Notes: generated by a model from the sequence alone, not told the origin. Shown: positions 1 through 12,374, counted from the first letter of the whole stretch. The stretch is 62,109 bases of DNA, filler included, from Choristocarpus tenellus KU-1152 (GCA_964200185.2; 12 parts of 12 records of this genome joined end to end with filler, not necessarily neighbours in it), one strand, 5' to 3'. Translations and numbers: made by a program.

Positions 1-559
1 CCGAGACGGTTTGATGACACAGGTAACACGTCTTCTACATCGACATATGGCAATGATCGCAGCCACCCTCTGGAAATATCACATCCTGAACGCACTCCTC
101 TACATATTTACGTAAACTCTTTTTGATATCCAAGGAAACCGTCGCCGCCTCCACGAGCGTAGGTGAGAGGAGGGTGAGCACCCAGCCTATTGTCTTCAAC
201 GACATGACAGAGTGCACCAGCTCAGTCTGAACAAGTAGGTAGGGAGGTAAGCTTGCTTTGCGTTGCCTATCTCGTACAGTCAGTGGGCTGGAACTCTTCA
301 CTGGAACGTCCACTAGAACTCTTCCAGCGACTCCCCTTTCCTCCACCCAACTGCGGTCTTCGTTGGAGGTCTAACCTTCGATTGACTATTTGTGGGAAGA
401 GGATACTCGTCTCAAACCAAAACCTCAAATCGATTACGCTATCTTTGTTGTGTCGTTACTAGGTGGAAGTTGTTGAATGTTGGTCATAAGAGACTTACAC
501 CACAAGGGATGTGGTGTGTGATTACTGGATCATTTTGATAAGTTCTCGAATAAATAGTA

Positions 560-3500
560 TATTGGATAGAAAAAATTCTTTCACATTCTCAATTTTTTTT
601 TATTTCTTAGGCGTTCCTCTGATGTTGAATTGGCTTTTTTCAGTTTTTCCTCTGACACATCTGAAAAATGTTAGAGGGCATATTAATAATAAAAATTATT
701 ATTGTACACCAAACCAGGACATTGGTATTAGCCATAGGTTGTTTTAGAAGCCTATTAATACACATGGAAGAGAACAAGTTCTCACCAAAATTATACTGGG
801 AGTGCAAAGTAGACAAAACTAGGTTCATTAATCATATCACAACTATACTTACTCAGGTGTTGTTGTTATAGGAGCTTATATGAGTTGTATGATTCTGTGG
901 GGGTGTGGTTGAATCAGGAAAGGATGGCTAAGAGAATCACCAGGGAAAACGGACCAGATAGATCGAGAGATGTCCACCACTTGTGGGATTTTTCTCTTAA
1001 AAAGACTGCACACCTCAAGTATATTATATTATTTCTCCTCTGACATTTTGTACATCTATCAGGGAAAACATCAATTCAACATAGCTCGTAGTCAAATAGT
1101 ACATAGATTTTGGAGAGGTATCTTTCACCTTTACGACAACTATTACTTTTACAGGGGTCCTTACGATATTGAATTGACTTTTTCGTTCAAACACCTGCAA
1201 AATGTCAGAGGGCATAATAATACAATATCGTAAGGACTCCTGTAACAATTTATAATATATTTATTGCTAGGCCCTCTAACATTGTGGAGATGTTTCAGAG
1301 GAAAAACCAATGAAAAATCATCATTCAAATGTCAGAACAACCTCAAAAAAGTAATGCTTATCGTAACGTGAAATACATATTTCTATCGTCTACTCACTTT
1401 ACTTTACTTTTTACTACCGGCTATGCCACAACACTGCCCTCCTGTGCCTCCAACCTAGCTTAGTCCTGCACCCCAGGGTGAGGTAACAACAACAGCAACA
1501 ACAATAACAATATAATGACAATAATGATATAACCTCAACACCTTCATGGTAGAAAGTTTGGGGCACCTCGGTAAGCAAGCAGAAAGTTTCCTGGATGAGC
1601 TACCTACCTACACACGCGGTAGGTAGGGGGGAGAGGGACAGGAGGCTACAGCAGGAAAGGGGCGGTCAAATCCTGCCTATGCCAAATAGTCTTGGTTACA
1701 ACACAGATGGCCCTATCTAGACGTGTCATGCGTTTTAAGCTGGAGACACCACAGAGATGGGCAAGGATGGGTTTGTTAGGTTCTTGGGATGCTTCCCTAG
1801 CTCCTCACGTAGGGGTGGCAGGACTAAGCTAGGTTGGGAGGCACAGGGAGGCAGTGGTACAGTGTAGCTGGCAGTAAAATAGTAAATAGTGTTTTTCATA
1901 TTTATGACAACTGCTACTATTCTAGAGATTTTTCTGACTTGTGAGTAGTCTTCATTGTTTTTTCCCCTGACACGTCTACAAAATGTCAGAGGGAAAAAAA
2001 ATGAAATAATGAGATCCTCCACTGGAATCGGGGATTCTTACCAAGGACACCTCAATCGGTATAACGGTATATGTAATATGGCACACGGAAATAACGGTAC
2101 AATAACAGACAAACCTACCTCCTTTCCACACTTATCGATAAGTTCCCTTGCACTATGGAGGATGGTAGCCCTTTCACAGTGGACAGGAATCTCAGCATGA
2201 ATCTGGTGTACCACGCAGGGGCACTAGCAGACGCCGGAACAGCCCCCTGCAGGGACAAAGGCCTTCTGCTATATGTCACCTTCGCAGAGGTACAAGCAAC
2301 CTCCCACCTAACTAACCCACTCATCTATCAGCAATGGTGTAGGTGCTGTTGCAGCAGAGGCACGAAAGCACACCCCCTACGAGGGGTCCTTTGATCCTAG
2401 TAGTTGTAACCTCAACACCGTCGCGGTGGAAAGTTTTGGGCGCCTCAGCAAGCAAACGGAATACTTCCTGGGTGAGCTGGTTACTCACATGGTAAGGGGG
2501 AGAGGAACCGGAGGTTATAGCAGGAGAGGAGTAGTTAGATCCCGGCTACCCCAAATTGTCTCGGTAACCACGCAAGTGGCCCTGTCTAGACGTGTCATGC
2601 ATTATAGGCTGGAATCACCAGGAAGATGGGCACGGAGGGGCTTACTGTATTCTTGGGATGCCTCCCTAGCTCCTCCTGATGCACAAGTATAGGTAGATTG
2701 GAGACACAGGAGGGCAGTAGTACAACATAGATAGTGGTGAAGTAACAAATGGATTAGGTTTTTTCATATTTATGACATTTTATTTCTTTAGGGCTTATAC
2801 TGACAATATATACAATTTTCGTTGGTTTCTCCCCTGACACATCTGCAAATTGTCAGAGGGCATAACAAACAAATAATAAGTTAGGATGCACTATGGAGGA
2901 CGGTAACCCAGTCAAGGTGGACCGGAATCTCCGCATGGATGTGGTCTTCCATGCCCGGGGCATTTGCAGACGCTGGATCAGTTCCCTAACGGGACAAAGG
3001 CCTCCTACTAGATGTTCCGTTTGCAAAAGGGCAAGCAGTCTCCCATCTGACCCACTCCTCCACGAGCAATCGTGTAGCTGCTGGTGCAGCTGAGGCGCGA
3101 AAGCGTACTCACTACAAGGGTTCTTTTCACCCTTGTAGTTCGAACCTCAATACCTTCACGGTGGAAATTCTTGGGCACCTCAGTAAGCAAGCAGAAGGTT
3201 TTGTCGATGAGTTGGCTACACACGCGATAGGGGAAAGAGAGGTGAAAAGCTACTGCAGGAAAGGAGCTATCAAATCCCATTTTAGGACAGATAGTGTCTC
3301 TTGCAAGTGTCTCTATCAAGACGTATCATGTGTTTTAAGCTGTGGAGACACCAAGGAAATGGGCAAGGAGGGTCCTGTCAGATTCTTGAGATGCTTCCCT
3401 AGGTCCTCGCCCTGTGGTGTAGGGCTAAGCTAGGATGGAGGCGTAGCAGGGGAGTGGTCGTATACCTGGTAGTCAAATAGTAAATTGATTTTAGGGACGT

Positions 3501-3605
3501 ACCTTTAACGTTTGCGACAATTGTTACTTTTACGGGGGTTCTTATGACATTGAACAGGCTTTTCCTCTTGACACTTCTACAAAATGTCAGAGGGCATAAT
3601 GGTAT
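560..3605. mobile_element. Cluster of about 7 5'-truncated 3' ends of a CRE-like (RLE-type) non-LTR retrotransposon, both orientations
   Basis: Approximate copies: 560-700(+), 1020-1075(-), 1085-1220(+), 1255-1485(-), 1530-2010(+), 2135-2878(+), 2885-3605(+). All end in a CCTCTGACA...TGTCAGAGGG-like motif plus an AAT-rich tail. The longer copies encode frameshifted RLE motifs (DRNLRMDVV..., GLLLYVT/LLDV, HY.GSFDP, TFAVESFGRL.KQAE) and match the minus-strand copy at 60831-62109. Confidence 0.8.
2135..2878 (+). pseudogene. CRE-like retrotransposon 3' fragment: restriction-like endonuclease (RLE) region plus 3' UTR
   Basis: ORF pieces 2155-2394 (EDGSPFTVDRNLSMNLV...KGLLLYVTFAEVQA) and 2426-2692 (ESFGRLSKQTEYFLGEL...RLPQIVSVTTQVALSRRV) resemble the PD-(D/E)xK-like RLE and the AVESFG motif of CRE-clade elements; frameshifted. 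Confidence 0.75.
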
Positions 3606-3719
3606 ATTTACAACGAAGAGAATCTTTGACGTTTGACATCTCTGATTGGACATATGTCCACTCAGAAATCAAACAAGAGCTACACAGTTTTTTGTTCTTT
3701 TGCGCTATAAGACATTATT

Positions 3720-4515
3720 TTGATCCTTTGCAATTCATCTAAATATGGAAGTGCCAAGGCTCAAAAGCTCTCTGCAAAAGGGGGCAATTACAATCACCAA
3801 ACTGAACTCTTCCACCTGAGAAGGAGTGAGACCGAGTTTCATAGGTCTTCACCCAGCATCCCGACGTCAGTTGAGGAGATTCAAAACAGAGTCGGAACCT
3901 TAGTGCAGAACAGATGTCACACAATGACTGAGCAACGTCACAGCAGGAAAATTGATAATTCAGAATCGGTATGAATCTTCGTTTTGATAGTCCTTCGGAT
4001 TGTTTGGTCACATCTGGATCATGTGGGTGTGTCTGGTTTTGTAAACTGGTCGATATGGGCAAGTTCAAAGATGCGGTTGGCGCGCGCATATGTATATGAC
4101 TGCGCGCCATATACACAAAATGTATGTGTGGGAGATGCCAAAAAAAGGGAGCTGTCCCTGACATTAACCCCCCCCTCAGTGTGGATCCCATCCGACATGA
4201 ACACAAAAGTGACTGGCCAGCACTCCATTTCCGACAGATGCTTCTTTGAGAGGAAAAAAATGAAAAACATCCTGGTTGAATCAACTCAGAGACAAAAAAA
4301 TGAAAAAGCAGAGCACTAGTGGTGATCAGTCCTAGGTCGCACTCTAGTCCAAGAGAAAAATCTGTGTTGACAGGTGGAAAGCGCAACGACAAAAATGGCA
4401 TGGACCTACCTGTCTCCTTCGTGGCTTTGGGGATTTGAGTGGGGATGAAGGTCAGTATCACCACACCTTTGGTACATCAATTCAATCTGTTGGGGAGTGT
4501 TGTGGGGATAGTGTC
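3720..4515 (+). pseudogene. Possible degenerate PIF1-family helicase remnant (Helitron-like)
   Basis: Broken frames give HTMTEQRH (like Pif1 motif IV, L.EQ.RQ), FKDAV, and LGI*VGMKVSITTPL...FNLLGSVVGIV (like L.VG.RVML..N...GL.NG..G.V). Stops and frameshifts present; recognised by eye only. Confidence 0.35.
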
Positions 4516-4660
4516 AAGAGTGATTGGAAAAGTCATCATCTTCTACTATCACCTCTAGTATAAGAACTTTGCCTCCAAGGTGCTTGGCAACCAGAAAAAT
4601 TTTACTCAAAAATATTTCTTGTATGCGCATTTGTTTGTAATTGTAAAATGTTTTGGAAAA

Positions 4661-4842
4661 GTCCCAAAGTATCTGGGGGGGGGGTTGACGGCTGTCCATT
4701 TGGGGTCAATTTTTTCATTACACGATTTTTGTGAGATTTAGTTGCGTACGTCGGATGGATAAGGTAAATGTACTTTTCCTGTTTTTTGTCCAAATGGACA
4801 CCCTGGTGTAGAGCCCCCCCCTCCCTCCTGATACTTTGGGTC
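4661..4842. mobile_element. Tourist-like (PIF/Harbinger) MITE, family A (G-tract), complete copy
   Basis: 182 bp. Termini GTCCCAAAGTATC(T)GGGG... and ...CCCC...GATACTTTGGGTC; AAA on both sides (3-bp TSD). Internally homologous to 53841-54021. Confidence 0.8.
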
Positions 4843-4849
4843 AAAAATA

Positions 4850-7750
4850 TGTATGCTTCTCACAGATATGACCAACCTGTGTTTGTGCTTCCGGATAAGA
4901 GCTATCTTTCAACTTCATGAGCCCCGAGTCCTCTTGTTAAGCTGTCCTTGACGATCTGTTGTCCCACACAACCAGTTATATTATTGTTTATTAGCTTATA
5001 TCACAGTTGAGAATAGAGTGAGATACCTTCACCAGGTGGGGCTCACCAACCCTTACATTGAATTACTCAGAATACTAAATGATTCAACAGTTCTCTAGTA
5101 CACGTGAGAAATACCCCACCTCTAACGGTCCGCCGATTACTTCTGATCAAATACCCCGCCTAAATATCCCTAATGTCCCGCATTATCATCTGTGTGTGCA
5201 TAAAATAATACTTCAAATCATATTATCACAAATTGTCAAGTATAACCTTGACACCTCTGATAGATAAGCTCGAAATACCACCCAGAATCAGTCATCGTAC
5301 GATCTTGGTAGTTAAAAGAAATATGTTCCTATCTATGGAATATGGTGGCAACTCACCACGCCAGTAACCCAGTAGTATAGAGGGATTCTGTTGAACTATC
5401 CCACACTGGACCTGCGACTTTTATGGTGCTTTAATAATGAAGGACAAAGAACAGCTTGATATGGATGAACAAAGTTGGTATTACAAGGGCCTTTGTGGTC
5501 TCGATTCCGCTGACTGACCATGTGGATGAGACTAGCCTAAACTACCATATTATTATTCTACAGTGTATGGTTTGTAATCGTCCACACTAATATACTACGA
5601 ATAACTTATTTACTTGTCTTAAGTATAGGAAGTGTATCTTGAACATGATATAAAAACCAGTCAACACTATGAGTCAGTACATATAATATATCTGTCACTG
5701 GCTCTCCATCCTATTATATAATCCACCGGTGGTATCTACGTGTATCAGCAGTACTATCTACGAACAGATTCATCATCGCACTTTCCGGTCCACAAAGAGG
5801 GTTATCACAAGCGTCAGAGGAGGCTTTGTTGCTTGTAGGTGGACATACGGTTGGCAGTAATTGAAGTTCTTCGGCTGTTTTAGTATAGTGGCAGGAGTTA
5901 TTCTTTTATGTCAAGCAATCGACTTAACCGATTGGACGTGTCATTCATAGAATGCAGCTAACGTAAGGCTGAGTAAGTGGTCAATAACGACCGTGAAATG
6001 TTTACCCCAAATATATGGTCTTCAGTGTTGAATTGCCAGCACAACTGCAAGGCACTCTTTTTGTGTGGCAGAACATTTCCTATTGGAGGGGGAAAGTACG
6101 GAACTATGGCATGCAATCATATCGAAATTGCCATGATAATTTTTATTGTTCAAAACACTCCAGTCCCAACATTATTGGAATCTACACATATAAAAATTCC
6201 TTTGAAAAATCAGGAAAGTGTAGAACTGGAAGCACGGTTAACAGTCGTTTACACCTGTCAAAAAAAGTTTGTTGTGGTCGATTCCATCAAGATGAAACAT
6301 CACTTTTATATGTTATTTTTCTTTGGGGTGGTGTGTTCTCTTTTTGTGTATGGGGAATCAATTCCACAAATGGTTCTGTTGCTGTTTCTAGGTGAGGAAT
6401 GTACTTCCTGACAAGTTCGTAGAACCTAAGAAAGACTAAGCCCTTCACATTCTGAGGGGGGTGTATTTCTAAAATAGCTTCAATACAAGCTTGTGTTGCA
6501 GCTATTCTTTGTGGACTGACATCATATCCCAAAAAATGGACTTGCTTTGAGCAAATATTGAGGCTTGTATGACTTGAACGTAATCTGCACAGTTTGTAAA
6601 GTTGACAGCATCGTAGTTATTAACTGCTTGTGGTGTGCCCAAGATAGAGAGGCCAAAAAGATATCGTAGAGTTAGGACCGATTGTAGAAAAAGTTTCAGA
6701 CATGAAGCGTTGGAAGACTCACAGTAGTACATTCTGTACTCCAAATGGTAATCACATCTGAGTTCATCACAATCCGAATTTTCAGCCTGACAAATATGTG
6801 TTCGGGGTGAAGAGACGGGAATTGTTTGGATTCGGGGAGTTTTGGGATGTGCACAAATCACTGTCTTTAAACCACAATTCTTCTTTGTCCCAATCTAGCG
6901 CTGCCTCAAAAGCTGATATGATGCTGTGATCCAATTTTTTTTATCCACTCTCAAGTTGGGTATGACTACTGCTTGGACAGGCATTGGTACATCTCCAAAG
7001 TGTAGAGCAAATTGAACGAAACCACGAAAAAACAAAAGGTCAGTCACCTGTTCCCCTTAAATGTAGGACTCCAGCTGGAATCTCACGAATATGGGTGCTT
7101 TGCAAAGTGTGGGATGAGCCTGAGTGCATCTATGTGAAGGTAAATTGTTCACAAACCCAGGAATTCTTACGTAGTAAGAGTAGACATTAAGCACGCGAGG
7201 GGAGGTTGAGAAATGTTAAATGGATGGTGTGTGCCAACGATATCAAGAATTTAACAGCACATTCTAGCTCGAAAAAAGTCTCCACCAACGTCGAAGAGGG
7301 GGTCACGAGGAGTGAGAGATGGAAGATGTAGCAGTGGTTAATATTTCCTGCTTGTGGCAATGATTGGTTTGCTGGACTTCTATTGTTAAAACGTTGTGTC
7401 TTAGGTGCTACATCTTTAGCAGTTACGTTTCCCCTATAAATAAGTCCCTGATTGATCTATGGCCATCTACCCCCTGCAGTTTCCAAGAAACAAAAACTGC
7501 AAAGCACCCGTAATTCCGATCCTTCCTCGTGGGTTTGTTTCCCTGCAAGTGCAGTATCTTCCTGTTTCAATGTTAAGCTCATTGGGTTTGGTAGTGATGA
7601 TGTGAGCCGAGCAGATAGTACTGAAACAAGTCGGTCCAGCGATTGATATGTCCCTAACATTGCCGTGGTCTCATGATGAGTTTCGTTCACATGGTTTCTT
7701 CGCTGCCGAATAGTTGCTCTTGTGGGGGTTAGCCTAACAGTTGTCTGTTG
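4850..7750 (-). pseudogene. Decayed Ty3/gypsy LTR retrotransposon gag-pol
   Basis: Minus-strand motifs occur in gypsy order RT-RNaseH-IN: RLPFGVQN (~6740-6760), PPQNVKGL...VRKYIP (6400-6470), RNase H AIQH*RPY..GKHFTVVIDH (~5975-6040), integrase-like GYFSR (~5100-5120). Many stops and frameshifts. Confidence 0.7.
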
Positions 7751-9689
7751 AATGTCTGGTTCGCGATCTAGACGTGCAATCCTCATACTCGCACGCTAGC
7801 CGTGTATCATGGGGCTTGGAAAGAACTGGTCAAGCTCTCGTGGGTTTTTGTCATTGGCAGTGGTGCGGAGTGTCGCTCTAAATTGGCAATTCTTCCCACA
7901 TTTTATTTGTGGTGTCTTCTCCTTGAGCATGTCTTCATACCCACTCTTCTGTGTCTCGTGAATCTCCATCTGGTCAGCCATATTATAGTCTTGACGTATA
8001 TTAGTATCCCCAAGCACTTGAGCGAACGAAGCGCCGCACCACTGCTACTGACAAAAACCCACGAGAATTTACCCGACATCTCCATGATCCACTACCAGTG
8101 GGCGAGTATGAAGGATTGCACGCCTAGATCGTGGTCAGGACATTCAATAGACAACCGTCCCAATGAGCAACTATTGGCCAGTGAAGAAATACGCGAACGA
8201 AATTCAAGGCCACCACAGCGTTAGAGACAATAATTTACTGTATCGACTTATTTTGGCACTAAAGTGGTTACCAATAGATTATCTCTCTGCAGCAATCTTG
8301 CTTTTTTTCACTGTATTGCCTCAAGAAGTATACAACAATACAAATATCAAATAAAAGCTTTTGACAAGAGGTGTATTGAAGGTTTGTATGCAAGAATGTA
8401 CTAACTCCAGTGAACGGGATCTATGCCCCGATCAAAAAATGACAAAAACGAGGGGGGACATCTCCGGCGCAATTTTGATGCTCACAACCTCAAAGAGGTA
8501 CAAAAAATAAGCGGTTGGCTGAATTCCTCGCAAGAACCTGATCTAGGTTAGCCGCTACCTAAACACAATGCTTGTGGCAATACTGAAAACAAAAATACAA
8601 ATTTCCGGACATCTTTTTAGCGCCATTAGCAGACATTTTGAGAGCACACACACGTGTGACCCACACAGCAATAAGAATCACAACGGTGAGAAAAGGAGAG
8701 CCGCCGAGGCCACTTTGCCCCCTGGATCTACCCTCGGCACCTTCTCTGTCGAGGGGCGACCAAAAGACAAGTACAGTGTGACATTCGGTGCGATGTTTAT
8801 CTGATGAGAAAGTGCGTGTATTGTGGCGCAGCAGCATCATCCAGTCCCGCAATGGACCACACGGCCGCGACGCTGATGCTGAGTGAAGATGCATGGGAAG
8901 CATTACCATGCAAACGTGGTTGGATCTTCAACCACGTCGGAGCACTGCTCTGCAGTCTCTGCTGCCTCGAACATATAGGAAGAGAGTGGTGAGTCCATCA
9001 CCAGGTGGTTTAGTGACGAAGTCTGTGGGGAATCCTGGTCACGGCAGGCGAAGGGAGAACCAGAGTGACAGGGCGAAGGGAAGGTTGGGGAAGAGAGCAG
9101 TGCAACTGCGTGCCATTGCGCTCAGGAAAAGCCTAAGCGAAATCCCGGGTGTACAATATCTTAGTAGTTGACAGTTGCAGCAGGTTTTGGCTGTTTGGAA
9201 GGTATGTGAGCTGGAGTGGCTTAAGGAAACGATGAGAAAGAAGGTGTTAGGGTTGGGCTACGAGGGCTCTGAAGCCCGAAAGAAGGTCGAAAGGGCTCGC
9301 AAGGTGGAGGAGAAAGCGATCGTAACAAAGGAAGCTGTGGAGACTTTTGATACCACCAAATCCCTTACTTAGAAGAGGTCGCGAAGCTGGTGGAGGTAGC
9401 CATCGATGAGGAGGCCAGGGAAGAAGAGGAGGTGAGATTGAGACTATGTGCACACCAATGGTTTGGTGTCTCCTACTTCTTGCAAGATGCCGTACATTCA
9501 CTTTTGTTCCTGGACTCGGGGTTGGACGTATAATGTTGATTACGGCTTTCTCCTGACCTGCATTCATTCGAGAAATCGACACAAATTTTGATCAACTCAA
9601 GTCTGTCCTCCCTCACCCTTGCACCTTGATAAAAAATTACCCACCCTGTGCTCAACGAGGAAATGTGAGAGTAAAGTATCTAACACTGC

Positions 9690-9952
9690 GAATCCTTTAC
9701 GTGTGTATGAACGACGGGAAAGACCATCAAACGGCGCTCGAGATGGCAGGAGGATAAGCGATGGTCAGGTCGGAAACTGTGAGTAAATGGGAGATAGACT
9801 TCCTGACTAAGGGCCACATCAGGGTGCCAGAGCAAGGGCACGATGAGAGGCGTTTCGTTGTGGGCATCGACGAGGACATCCTTGCCGAGGCCAAAGAGTG
9901 GGTGCGCGAACACACAGGAAGAAAAGAGTGGGGAGTCTTTTTCCCCACCTGA
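9690..9952 (+). pseudogene. Possible DNA-transposon (IS630/Tc1-like) transposase N-terminal remnant
   Basis: ETVSKWEIDFLTKGHIRVPEQGHDERRFVVGIDEDILAEAKEWVREH resembles the T(I/V)..W...F...G.....QG.H......DED......W.R segment that precedes the DDE domain in some eukaryotic IS630/Tc1-like transposases. In-frame stop upstream; no DDE domain visible. Confidence 0.3.
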
Positions 9953-10007
9953 ACTCTATGCTTTAATCAAGTAATAGCGTATCTGTTCCCACTCTTGGTG
10001 AACTACA

Positions 10008-10249
10008 ATCCAGGGTTCGAACCCCAATATGAGGGGTCTTTCTTCAAACAAAATAAAAAAAAGGCGAAAGAATCGAAGCAAGTACTCTGGATGGCCTTGT
10101 GACGGACATCACGAATATGCTTTTATTGTTTTAATCCGATGTATACACCAAACGTTATGACAGGGCAACCCCAGAGTACGGGCTTCGACTTTTTTTTTCG
10201 CCATTTTCTTTTAAGAAAGACCCCTCATATTGGGGTTCGAACCCTGGAT
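10008..10249. mobile_element. Foldback MITE with long terminal inverted repeats
   Basis: Perfect 37-bp inverted repeat ATCCAGGGTTCGAACCCCAATATGAGGGGTCTTTCTT at 10008-10044 and 10213-10249, continuing imperfectly inward for about 60 more bp. The right flank is lost at the contig end, so no TSD can be read. Confidence 0.65.
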
Positions 10250-10349
10250 NNNNNNNNNNNNNNNNNNNNNNNNNNNNNNNNNNNNNNNNNNNNTTAATTA
10301 ATTAANNNNNNNNNNNNNNNNNNNNNNNNNNNNNNNNNNNNNNNNNNNN
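10250..10349. other. Artificial contig-joining spacer (44N-TTAATTAATTAA-44N); first of 11
   Basis: Identical 100-bp spacers at 10250, 16841, 21199, 24289, 28216, 31877, 37340, 41373, 49038, 54447 and 57199. The 12-mer gives stop codons in all six frames. Confidence 0.98.
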
Positions 10350-10845
10350 CCCCAGGTTACCCAGTCTTGGCCAATGATTTCCGCAAGGTCTTCTGAGGGG
10401 ACACCTGTAGAAAGGAGGGTGTGGATGGACAATCCTAAGGCCTGTATTGTAGGGCTCGTGCAATCAGCTTGTGAAAAGGACTCGCCATGAGGCCCTTGCG
10501 GCCTTGCTAGGAGGGTGGGGAGAGTAGCCACCTGTGATCCTACGAAAGCTGCATGTTTGCGGTGTTTCATAGAGGAGAGACCCAGACCCCCCGCACTTGT
10601 AGGCAGCTGTGCCTGTACTTGTTGGTAGGTCTCTAGGAGGAGAGACTCATTGTTGCACCCTCCCTCGAAGAAATCCTTCGCCTCTGTCGATTCGACTGTC
10701 TCCATTATCCTCTCTAGCGTCCATAAGGAGGTGCTATCTGCTTGCTCCATGGTGGAGCGTGCCAGGAGGGGGGGGTAGTGACCCTCACTAGATAGCCCAG
10801 CCGGGAGGAGAGGGACCAGGAGTTGAGGAGCCAGGCCACCTGCTT
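10350..10845 (-). pseudogene. CRE-like retrotransposon fragment: C-terminal part of the reverse transcriptase region
   Basis: AWLLNSWSLSSRLGYLVRV..PP followed by QVQAQLPTSAGGLGLSS...AAFVGS (the LP...GGLGL motif of CRE/RLE-clade RTs). Its first ~86 bp match 62024-62109 with a few substitutions. Confidence 0.8.
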
Positions 10846-12374
10846 GTTTATATTATTTTATTGTTTGGAAAATTGTAAATTGTGACGACAACTCGATCAT
10901 GATACATAGGTGATGCGATGCAGCGACTATCCATTCATTTGCTTAGAAGGAACAAAGGTGCACCTTGCCCAATGAATGAAGAGATAACAGGTTGAAGATG
11001 TTTAAGATATTGTTAGTAGTAGGCAAATCGAAATCTAGAATGTAGTGTACGATGTGAAATTCACCTCTTTCTTAGTGTATGTTGGTGAAACGATCTATCA
11101 TTGATGAACTTGAGAAAGTTCTGTAATAATTATGTGGGTTATCTTGATATCAAAGAGCAATAAATTAAGGTAATCTACAACCCCAACGTCGATTATTTCT
11201 TCATCTAATGTAGAAGCAGCAAGAGCCTCGGACATTAGTTGAATTGTTACCAACAAAAAGAGGAGGTTTAATAGGGAAGAAAAAATTGGGATTCCATTGT
11301 GTCAAATCCTTCATGATTGGAGTACAAATGCCTCCACTGTCGTTCCCCCCACTCATTCTAAGTGAATTGTTGGATCTTTCACGCACGCCATGATATTATA
11401 TTTACTACCCCTACTGATCCAGTATGCACCTTACTATATATTACGTAAAGGTAGAGCGATAGGGTTTTGCAACCAGGAAAAACAAACCAGAGAATAATTA
11501 AAAATTAACATTTAGGGGTAGGAAAGACAAACTGGAGAACAATGATAAAATTAACCTTTATACCACTTTGTACACATTACTTTTTATGTGAAAGGTGGCA
11601 TGAATCTATATATAATCATGTATGAATGAACATTATATACTGTTGACATTTTCAGTTGAAGTCACATATAGAATTATGTAAATTGTGACTGGTTCTTACA
11701 CTAACAGGAGTTATTGTGCAACCATCTTTCAATTTTGGTTGGTTGATGGGGAAAAATGTATAGTTGAAAGAGAGATATGTTTCAGTGAAGAGGGCAGTTT
11801 TAAGAAATATATGTTAGAGATGACAGCCCACAATTTGAAACATCAAATTCCTAATGGGGAGAAGTTCCATCAGTTATATTATTGTGCCCACTGATATTTT
11901 TCGGATATGTCAGGGAATTCGATTAGTTATTGATGACAACAAAGCTATCCATTCAATGGTTTGGAACGGAGGTATATCAATATATTATTTGATCCATCAG
12001 AAGATTATCTAACGACGATATATATATTTTATGGGATATGATATAATTGAATTGGTGTGTCACTATGTCGGAGAAACAAGTGGAAATACATTGCATTGAT
12101 GAGAAGGTTATTTCAATTTCTTACCCCTCCGATTCTGTATGATCATTCAACTATATACACCTCAAATCGCTGAAACTGTGTTTGGCCACAATAGAATAAT
12201 AATTCAAATCTTCAAACATGTCCCAAAAATCCGTCAACGGCTATCCAAAAAAGTTTCTTTTTGTTGAGTTTTTGAAGGAAACAAACCCTGGAATAATTAC
12301 TACTATTGTGAGTATTGGTTGAACACAAATATGCCATACACAACTATCGTACTACTGTCTTGTCCCCATCCTCT

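Noticed and set aside
3739-4464. 241-aa minus-strand ORF
   Set aside because: No recognisable motifs or splice structure; more likely the antisense of a decayed plus-strand element.
10008-10030. GGTTCGAACCC resembling a tRNA T-arm / Pol III B-box
   Set aside because: No A-box, D-arm, anticodon arm or acceptor stem can be built around it; it is part of a MITE terminal inverted repeat.
10250-10349. Recurring TTAATTAATTAA motif flanked by N runs (11 times)
   Set aside because: Artificial six-frame-stop linker used to concatenate contigs. It is not biological, and gene neighbourhoods across it cannot be interpreted.
10880-12280. AT-rich region with a repeated CTATCCATTCA motif (~10930 and ~11945), considered as a decayed Ulp1-like or viral ORF
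   Set aside because: Too degraded; no catalytic motif could be read with confidence.
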